Positions 6,690 through 13,484 of a stretch of DNA of 24,000 nucleotides are shown here, in pieces. The number at the start of each line of letters is the position of its first letter. The stretch's first letter is position 1. A program made the position numbers and the translations under genes. The notes below the pieces were generated by a model, which had not been told where the DNA came from, searched no databases, and saw only the letters and a list, made by a program, of their open reading frames with translations. Source of the stretch: Desulfolithobacter dissulfuricans (GTDB lineage Bacteria; Desulfobacterota; Desulfobulbia; Desulfobulbales; Desulfobulbaceae); NCBI RefSeq assembly GCF_025998535.1, contig NZ_AP024233.1, positions 880,217-904,216 on the forward strand, given 5' to 3'.

Positions 6690-9600
6690 ATGACACTGAA
6701 TTGTTTCTGTGATCTCTGTCTTGTGGGACGTGATATATCGCGGTCTGGATACAGGATCGTTTTTTTTCTTTTTCTGGCCCTCTGTTTCCTGCTTGTGGCA
6801 CAGCAGCGGGAGGGGTGCGCCCATGAGGGCGAGGCCGCTCCCGGTTCGTCAGCCGGGGTTCCCGTCGAAACGTCATCTGACCCCGACGGCTCCGGTCTGC
6901 TGCTTACCCCCGAAGAAAAGGACTTTATCAGACAACATCCGGTCATCCGCATATCCAACCAGATTTCCCGCCCACCCTACGACTTCTACGAGGATGGCGA
7001 GGCCCAGGGTTTTTCCATCGATTACCTTCGTCTGCTGGCCAAGATTATCGGAGTTCAGGTTCAGGTCATCAGCGGCGACTGGGACCGGCTGGTGGAGCGT
7101 CTGCAGAAACGGGAGATCGATCTGCTCCACACGTGCCACATAACCGGTGACCTGCATCAGTTCTCCTACTTCACCACCGGCTACTACTCCATACGCTACA
7201 TGATCGTCACCCAGTTCACCAACAACACCATCCGTTCCCTGGATGATCTGGAGGGCAAGATTCTGGCCATGCCGGCCTCGCTTCCTCTGACCACCTTTAT
7301 TCGTGAGAGCTATCCCGGGATACGGATACTGGAGATGCGGTCCACCGGTGAGGCCATGGAAGCGGTGGCCTATGGCAGGGCCGATGCCCTCATCGAGGAT
7401 TTTTTCACGGTGAACTATCTTTTTGAGAAACTTCTGCTCACCAATCTCAAGATCGCGGCCCGGGCCGAGGTCAGTGGCTGGGAGTCCAGTGACCTCTACA
7501 TCGCAGTCCGTGACGACTGGTCCCTGTTCCATTCGCTCCTGCAAAAGGCAATGGATGCCGTCCCGGACGAGGCCATGCAGCAGCTCAGCCGCAAGTGGCT
7601 GTCCCGGTTCATGGGCGTCGACCACCAGGCAAGTGTCAAGCTGGCCCTGACCGACGAGGATCTGGTTTTCCTCAAGGAACATCCGACCGTCCGGGTCCTG
7701 ACAAGGAAAAATTTTCCGCCCTTCAGTTTTGTCAGGGGCAGCGAGGTCAGCGGCTATGTCAACGATTATCTACGGCTCCTGGCCTCCAAGCTGGGGTTGG
7801 TGCTCGACTTTGTTCCCCAGGAGGAGCCGGTGGAGTCCGAGAGGATGGCTCCCCAGCTTTCGGAGCAGGGCATCGACATGGTCGGGTTGGTGGAGCCGCT
7901 TGACGGGAGCCCGCCTGATCTGCTGCTGACGGACCGTGGCATGGTTAACACGGTGAGTTCCCTGCTCAGCCGGGGCAGCAGGGACCGTTTTTCCGACCTG
8001 GAGAGTCTGCGGGGCAAGGTCCTGGCCGTGGTCCGGGGAACTCCTTTCGTGGCCCGTCTGCGCGAGCGTTTTTCCGATATCAACCTTCTGCTTACCGACA
8101 ACACCATCATGAGCATGCAGAGCGTGCTCAGTGGGCGGGCCGATGCCGCCTTTGATAACTATGCGGTTTTCAATTACTACATGGAGGAGTATTTTTTCCA
8201 GGATCTGGTCATCACCCCCCTGGTGGGGGATGCGCTTTTCCCGGAAACCACCCTGCGTATAGGGGTCAGGGAAGATCTCTCCCAGCTGAAGACGATCTTT
8301 GACCAGGCCATGGCCCAGCTCTCCAGCGAAGAGATTCTTCGTCTCCAGGACCGCTGGTTTCGGGAGACCGCGGCCAGGGAAGGGGACGTCGGCAAACAGG
8401 TCAGCCTGACCACCATCGAGTCCAGCTGGCTGAAAAACAAGGGCAGTATCTCCATGTGTATCGACCCGGATCGTATGCCGCTGGAACGCATGGAAGAGGG
8501 GCATCATATCGGAATTGCCGCCGATTACGTGGAAATTTTCCAGAAGGAACTGGGAATCCCGATCCAGCTAGTCCCCACCACCAGCTGGAGTCAGAGCATT
8601 GAATTTGCCCGGAAGAGGAAGTGCGACATTCTCACTCTGGCCCTGGAGACCCCCGAGCGACGGGAATTTCTTGATTTCACCATTCCCTATCTCAACCTGC
8701 CCCTGGTTCTGGCCACCCGGACCGAGGAGCTGTTCGTGCCCGATATTACCGCCATTCACGACAGGAAGTTCGGTGTGGTCCGGGGCTATGCCTTTGGTAA
8801 ATCCCTGCGCGACCGGTACCCGGAGATGCAGATCGTCGATGTGAAGTCGGTGGCCGACGGCCTGGATCAGGTTCAGCAGGGGCAGCTTTACGGCTTTATC
8901 GATACCCTGCCGACCATCGGCTATGCGATCCAGAACCAGTATGTGGGTACCCTGAAGATTGCCGGCAAGTTCGATGAAACCCTGGAGCTCAAGCTGGGAG
9001 TGCGAAACGACGAACCGCTTCTGCTCTCTGTCCTGAACAAGGCTGTGGCAACCATTGCCCCGGAACGACAGCAGCAGATACTGAACCGATGGATCTCTGT
9101 CAAGTATGAAAAAGGTATTGATTACAAGTTGTTGTGGAAGATTCTCTCGGGTATCGGGGTGGTGGGCCTGTTCCTGCTCTACCGCTACTGGGCGCTTAAC
9201 AAGTACAACCACAAACTTGAGGTTCTGTCGGTGACCGACCGGCTGACCCAGGTGTACAACCGCCTCAAGCTTGATGATATTCTCAACGCCCAGCTGGCCT
9301 TCTTCAAACGAAGCCACCAGGTTTTTTCAGTGATCCTGGTCGATATCGACTACTTCAAGAAAGTTAACGATTCTTACGGCCATCTTGCCGGTGACGAGGT
9401 TCTGGTCGGGTTTGCCCGCATCATCGGTCGAACCATCCGCACGACGGATATTCTCGGCCGGTGGGGCGGGGAGGAGTTCCTGATTATCTGCCCTGATACC
9501 GATCTCAAGGGTGCCATGACCCTGGCAGAAGTGCTGCGCCGGGAGATCAGCGAGCATGAATTCCCGGAAGTCGGCCACATGACTGCCAGCTTCGGGGTGG

Positions 9601-9734
9601 CCGAGTACAATGACGAGGAATGTACCGGCAAGGATCTGATCCAGCAGGTGGACCAGGCTCTGTATGCGGCCAAGGAAGGCGGGCGCAACCAGGTGCGGCA
9701 ATACCGCCACAAGCGGCTGGTCCGGGTTGTGTGA
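6690..9734 (+). CDS. Membrane-anchored diguanylate cyclase with three tandem periplasmic family-3 solute-binding domains (SBP_bac_3 x3 - TM - GGDEF)
   Basis: Three repeats of the amino-acid-binding-protein pattern are present (PPYDFYEDGEAQGFSIDYLRLLAKIIG; FPPFSFVRGSEVSGYVNDYLRLLASKLG; ...GIAADYVEIFQKELGIPIQ). They are followed by a TM helix (ILSGIGVVGLFLLYRYW) and a GGDEF domain with an RTTD I-site five residues before GGEEF. The start is uncertain: ATG 6690 or GTG 6723 leaves one N-terminal signal/anchor helix. The TTG 6579 start in the ORF track adds a low-GC3 stretch and a topologically inconsistent extra hydrophobic segment. Confidence 0.9.
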   Translation: MTLNCFCDLCLVGRDISRSGYRIVFFLFLALCFLLVAQQREGCAHEGEAAPGSSAGVPVETSSDPDGSGLLLTPEEKDFIRQHPVIRISNQISRPPYDFYEDGEAQGFSIDYLRLLAKIIGVQVQVISGDWDRLVERLQKREIDLLHTCHITGDLHQFSYFTTGYYSIRYMIVTQFTNNTIRSLDDLEGKILAMPASLPLTTFIRESYPGIRILEMRSTGEAMEAVAYGRADALIEDFFTVNYLFEKLLLTNLKIAARAEVSGWESSDLYIAVRDDWSLFHSLLQKAMDAVPDEAMQQLSRKWLSRFMGVDHQASVKLALTDEDLVFLKEHPTVRVLTRKNFPPFSFVRGSEVSGYVNDYLRLLASKLGLVLDFVPQEEPVESERMAPQLSEQGIDMVGLVEPLDGSPPDLLLTDRGMVNTVSSLLSRGSRDRFSDLESLRGKVLAVVRGTPFVARLRERFSDINLLLTDNTIMSMQSVLSGRADAAFDNYAVFNYYMEEYFFQDLVITPLVGDALFPETTLRIGVREDLSQLKTIFDQAMAQLSSEEILRLQDRWFRETAAREGDVGKQVSLTTIESSWLKNKGSISMCIDPDRMPLERMEEGHHIGIAADYVEIFQKELGIPIQLVPTTSWSQSIEFARKRKCDILTLALETPERREFLDFTIPYLNLPLVLATRTEELFVPDITAIHDRKFGVVRGYAFGKSLRDRYPEMQIVDVKSVADGLDQVQQGQLYGFIDTLPTIGYAIQNQYVGTLKIAGKFDETLELKLGVRNDEPLLLSVLNKAVATIAPERQQQILNRWISVKYEKGIDYKLLWKILSGIGVVGLFLLYRYWALNKYNHKLEVLSVTDRLTQVYNRLKLDDILNAQLAFFKRSHQVFSVILVDIDYFKKVNDSYGHLAGDEVLVGFARIIGRTIRTTDILGRWGGEEFLIICPDTDLKGAMTLAEVLRREISEHEFPEVGHMTASFGVAEYNDEECTGKDLIQQVDQALYAAKEGGRNQVRQYRHKRLVRVV

Positions 9735-9742
9735 GAGCAGCC

Positions 9743-10617
9743 ATGGAGCGGGACCGGAAGAGAAAAGGAGTGGTGCTCTCCTTTCATCCCACCCTTCCCG
9801 GTGATCGTTTTATCTGGGAGCGCGGCAGCCTGGGGCCCGGGGAACTCGAGTGGGTCCGGGAAGCCCGGGCGGTTCTTTTGCCGCAGACTGTGGCACGGGA
9901 GCTTTATTATCTGGTCCGCTACCACTGCCCGGCGGTTTTTCCCAACTATGACCTGCGGTTCCGGTGGGAGGGCAAGGTGGGGGATACCATGCTGTTCTGG
10001 AGCCTGGGTGTGCCCCATCCCGAGACCCGTATCTATCCCCGGGTCGAGGCCCTGGAGCATGATCATCCGGCCATGGACTACACCGCGATCCAGCCCCTCT
10101 ATCCCTGCGTGGTGAAGGCCAGTTCCGGTGGGGAAGGATCCCACACCTGGCTTGTCCGCAGCCGGGACGAACTGGCTGAAGTGGTTCACCGTCTCAAGGA
10201 ACTGGAAAATGAGGGATACCACGGGTTCGTGATTCAGGAGTATGTGGGCCGGGTGGAGCGGGACCTGCGGGTGGTGATCATCGGTGACCAGGTTCTGAGC
10301 TACTGGCGGATCAATCCGGGGTTTTACAAAAACGTGGCCCGGGGCGGCGAAATCGATCCGGAGAGTGATCCGGAGCTCCAGGCCATCGGCCGGGAGCAGG
10401 TGGCCCGGTTATGCGAGCGGACCGGAATCAATCTGGCCGGTTTTGATCTTATCTTTCCCCGGGAAGCGATCAGCCCCTTTTTCTGGAGATCAACTATACC
10501 TTTGGCCGCAAGGGACTGGACGGCAGCCGGGGCTACCAGGAATTGCTGGAGACGGCGGTGAACCGCTTCCTGGAATCTTCGGGCCGGGACACCACGCCGG
10601 CAGACTCTTTGCTCTGA
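9743..10617 (+). pseudogene. ATP-grasp family ligase (RimK/GshB-like) interrupted by a -1 frameshift near 10457-10463
   Basis: The ATG at 9743 is 8 nt after the cyclase stop. The body has ATP-grasp features (CVVKASSGGEGSHTWLV, GFVIQEYV, LRVVIIGDQV, GINLAGFDLIF). After the run TTTCCCCGGG the annotated frame becomes W/R-rich nonsense. The -1 frame instead reads GSDQPLFLEINYTFGRKGLDGSRGYQELLETAVNRFLE... up to TGA at 10615-10617. The total length of 875 nt is not a multiple of 3. Confidence 0.75.
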
Positions 10618-10658
10618 TAGAAAAAAACGTTACGATTTTCCGAGGGAAGAGGGACTTT

Positions 10659-11013
10659 TTGGCTCTTGGTGCTTTTTTTGTCTGGTTACAGCTCCTGCTC
10701 TGGCTGCCTTCCTGGGCGTCGGCCGGGGAGGTCGTGGTTCTGCAGCCGGAAAATCCGGGCCTGGTGCTTGCGCCCTGCCTTTCGGGACCAGGGAGGTGCA
10801 ACACCGCAATTTTCTGTTCCGAATATCCATTCCTCCGGGGACCCATACCTGGTATGCGCGCATCGAGACCGAAAGCGCCATGTTTTTTCCCATGATCCTG
10901 GGAACGAACAACCGTTCTGGACGAGAGACCATGATGCCCAGTTTGGCCTGGGAATGTACCAAGGTATCATGCTGGTCATGGCGCTCTCTAACCTGTTCAT
11001 CTTCATTTCACTC
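10659..11013 (+). pseudogene. Decayed remnant of a 7TMR-DISM-type sensor gene (signal peptide, end of the extracellular domain and first TM helix, spread over three frames)
   Basis: In the frame of TTG 10659, GAGGGAAGAGGGA precedes a clean signal peptide MALGAFFVWLQLLLWLPSWASA-GEVVVL. In the frame of 10796, ...HTWYARIETESAMFFPMIL looks like the C-terminal end of a DISMED2 domain. In the frame of 10666, FGLGMYQGIMLVMALSNLFIFISL looks like the first helix of the 7TMR-DISM membrane module. The homology then stops at the convergent mobB. The family call is from memory of the motif pattern. Confidence 0.45.
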
Positions 11014-11042
11014 CCTTGGGGCCGCCGGGAATGGCCCGGAGA

Positions 11043-11693
11043 TCAGTCGAGCTTGATCCGTAGTTCGATTTCGCCCATTTTGTCGGTGGCCTTCAGGGTG
11101 GAGACAAAACCGGCCACGGTGGCGGCAAGGGATTCCTGGACAAAATCCTTGAGCACCACCCGGGAGCCGTTGACCAGCAGGGTAACTTTCTCCTGGTTTT
11201 TATCCCGGTCCTGCAGAAAACGCTTTTCAATGAACTCCGCGATTTCCCTGCTTTCGTCGAGCCGGAAAATATAGTCGCCGGTCACCGGCCGGTCGGTGGC
11301 AATGGCGATCACGCCGTTGACCTGGTTGCGCAGTAGCTCGCCCTCCCCGCGGGCCACCTCGATCTTGGCCACCTGTCGCTCGTGTTTGAATCCTTCGCCG
11401 ATCACCATATCCACATCGGGAAAGAAGCGAAAGGCCAGGGTGGTCAGATCCATGCCGGGATTTTCCGTCCGCATGACCATCTGGTCCGGGGCGATCAGAG
11501 TAATGGAATCGGCCCCGGCCTGGAGATATGTATAGGTGTCGGTTCCCGGCTGATCAAAGACAATACCGGTTTCCTTGGTATGCTTGATCACCGCGATCCG
11601 GTATCCGCGCTCCTTGAGATGGGCAACAACCTGGCTGGCAAGGGTTGTCTTGCCTGAATCGTGCCAGCCGATGAAGGTGACGATGGGCGGCAT
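11043..11693 (-). CDS. mobB: Molybdopterin-guanine dinucleotide biosynthesis adapter protein MobB (with C-terminal extension)
   Basis: The sequence PPIVTFIGWHDSGKTTLASQVVAHLKERGYRIAVIKH contains a P-loop and the MobB signature. The start at 11693 (third codon of the ORF-track call at 11699) is preferred because GGAG then lies 7 nt upstream rather than 1 nt. Confidence 0.9.
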   Translation of the reverse strand: MPPIVTFIGWHDSGKTTLASQVVAHLKERGYRIAVIKHTKETGIVFDQPGTDTYTYLQAGADSITLIAPDQMVMRTENPGMDLTTLAFRFFPDVDMVIGEGFKHERQVAKIEVARGEGELLRNQVNGVIAIATDRPVTGDYIFRLDESREIAEFIEKRFLQDRDKNQEKVTLLVNGSRVVLKDFVQESLAATVAGFVSTLKATDKMGEIELRIKLD

Positions 11694-11709
11694 ATCCATT
11701 CTCCGTAGG

Positions 11710-11751
11710 AAAAAAGGCGGGCCCCCTTGGGGGTCCGCCTGGTGTTTTTTT
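11710..11751. terminator. Bidirectional-looking rho-independent terminator; on the minus strand it terminates the formate dehydrogenase operon
   Basis: The GC-rich stem GGCGGGCCCCC (11716-11726) pairs with GGGGGTCCGCC (11729-11739) around a 2-nt loop. It is flanked by A6 (11710-11715, which reads as U6 on the minus-strand RNA) and by T7 (11745-11751). It lies about 40 nt after the cytochrome b stop. Confidence 0.8.
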
Positions 11752-11778
11752 GAAGCTGGAGGAGAATGACCTGCCGTT

Positions 11779-12651
11779 TCAGATCTTGTAGCGGCTGTGC
11801 AGTATCTCCACTTCCTCCCGCGGTTTGTAGCCGGTTATCATACTCTGGATTGAGCCTTTGATGGCAAAAAGCGACATGTAGAGGTGGGTGAGAAAGAAGG
11901 CCACCAGCGCCATGCCGAGAAAGTTATGGATAATGACCATGAGCCGCAGTTGGTCCACCGGGCCCTGGAAGGTGTAGAGCAGATAACCGGTGTACATCAT
12001 ACCACCGCTGCCCAGAGTGCACAACCAGAACCAGATCTTTTGCCCGGCATTGAACTTGCCGGCCGGAACGGGTTTTTTCTTTTTACTCAGGTAGCCCCCG
12101 AGAATGAGGAACCAGGCCAGGTCATAGGGGCGGGGCAGCATGTCGACAAACCAGATGGCAAACATGATCGGCACATCCACTGCCAGAATGGCGGCCGAGG
12201 CAATATGGACCAGCCTGGCGGTATGGACCGGGGTGCCGCCGCCGAAAAACTTGCCGAAGATAATCATCAGGCCCGTGATCACCAGCAGGGAGAAGGAGAC
12301 GGCTCCGATCAGGTGAATGATCCTGGTGAACAGGCTGAAGTAGTATACCTGGTCGCCATCGTGGGCAAAGACCTTGGGGCCGATGGTGAGGTAGTGGAGC
12401 AGGAAAACCGTGGGCACGATGGTGATAATGAGCAGGAAGGCACGGTTGAAGAGAAAGGCCTGCAGGTTGGTGAACTGCTGACCATAGACCTGCCAGTCAC
12501 CGGTAATGAGCTGGTTGAACTGATGCAGGGAGGCGGTGGATGGCGCTGAACCGAATCCGCTCAGCAGCTGCACGCTCCCGGCATAGACAAAGCCGGTTAC
12601 CAGAACCAGTAAACCGGCGCCAATGGAAAGAGAATATGTTTTCATCCTCAT
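11779..12651 (-). CDS. Formate dehydrogenase cytochrome b (gamma) subunit, FdnI/FdoI-like
   Basis: This is a 290-aa membrane protein with the b-type cytochrome pattern: His-bearing helices (FTRIIHLIGAVSF, ARLVHIASAAIL, VIIHNFLGMALVAFFLTHLY) and the motif FNAGQKIWFW. It sits downstream of the alpha and beta subunits. Confidence 0.88.
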   Translation of the reverse strand: MRMKTYSLSIGAGLLVLVTGFVYAGSVQLLSGFGSAPSTASLHQFNQLITGDWQVYGQQFTNLQAFLFNRAFLLIITIVPTVFLLHYLTIGPKVFAHDGDQVYYFSLFTRIIHLIGAVSFSLLVITGLMIIFGKFFGGGTPVHTARLVHIASAAILAVDVPIMFAIWFVDMLPRPYDLAWFLILGGYLSKKKKPVPAGKFNAGQKIWFWLCTLGSGGMMYTGYLLYTFQGPVDQLRLMVIIHNFLGMALVAFFLTHLYMSLFAIKGSIQSMITGYKPREEVEILHSRYKI

Positions 12652-12874
12652 CTGGATATTCCAGTTGAATAAGGGTTGGTCTGAAACTCAGGCAAAGATC
12701 AAGCCCGGTGAACCAGGAACCGGAGAAATAATCGGCTCCTGGTCCATCGGTCCGTCGCTCCATCCGGGTACCGATTCCCCTGTCGCAGGGGCACAGCCCG
12801 GAAAGTGGAATCTGGTTCAGGCAAAGGCGGCACCCTTCCCATTGGAACGGTGCCGCTGGTCTTGATGGAACGGG

Positions 12875-13462
12875 TTATTTTTCCTTGTACGCCTTGTCCC
12901 AGCCCCAGGCTTTGGCCCCGGAGCCACGCTTGACCACCCGTTCCCGGAAGACATCGGCCACCACATCGGCGTCACCGGCCATCAGCGCCTTGGTGGCGCA
13001 CATGGCAGCGCAGAGAGGGACCTTGCCCTCGGCAATCCGGTTCTGGCCATAGAGCTTGCGCTCCTCGCGGCTGAAGGTTTCCTCCGGGCCGCCGGCGCAG
13101 AACGTGCATTTGTCCATGGCGCCCCGGGCCCCGAAGACCTGGCCACTGGGAAACTGCGGCGCTCCAAAGGGGCAGGCCATGAAACAGTAGCCACAGCCGA
13201 TGCAGGTCTTCTTGTTCACCAGGACGATACCATCGTCCCGCTGGTAGATGGCATCCACCGGACAGACGGCGATGCAGGGAGCATCGGCGCAGTGCATGCA
13301 CGAGACCGAGATGGACCTTTCTCCGGGTTTGCCTTCATTGATCGAGACGACCCGGCGGCGGTTGACACCCACCGGGACCTGATTGCCTTCCTTGCAGGCA
13401 ATCACGCAGCCGTTACAGTCGATGCAGCGTTCCACATCGCATAGAAATTTCATTCGTGCCAT
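12875..13462 (-). CDS. Formate dehydrogenase iron-sulfur (beta) subunit, 4x[4Fe-4S] ferredoxin type
   Basis: Four Cys clusters are present: CIDCNGCVIAC, CMHCADAPCIAVCP, CIGCGYCFMACP and CTFC...CAAMC. GGAGG lies upstream of the ATG, 22 nt after the alpha subunit stop. Confidence 0.92.
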   Translation of the reverse strand: MARMKFLCDVERCIDCNGCVIACKEGNQVPVGVNRRRVVSINEGKPGERSISVSCMHCADAPCIAVCPVDAIYQRDDGIVLVNKKTCIGCGYCFMACPFGAPQFPSGQVFGARGAMDKCTFCAGGPEETFSREERKLYGQNRIAEGKVPLCAAMCATKALMAGDADVVADVFRERVVKRGSGAKAWGWDKAYKEK

Positions 13463-13484
13463 TTATTCATACCTCCGAAAGGGT

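Noticed and set aside
9743-10895. A RiPP/graspetide hypothesis: the ATP-grasp ligase followed by a small ORF (10659-10895) acting as precursor peptide.
   Set aside because: The ATP-grasp sequence looks RimK/GshB-like and is frameshifted. The small ORF has a Sec-type signal peptide and almost none of the Thr/Ser with Asp/Glu or Lys core residues used for graspetide cross-links. It is better explained as the leftover 5' end of a decayed 7TMR-DISM receptor gene.
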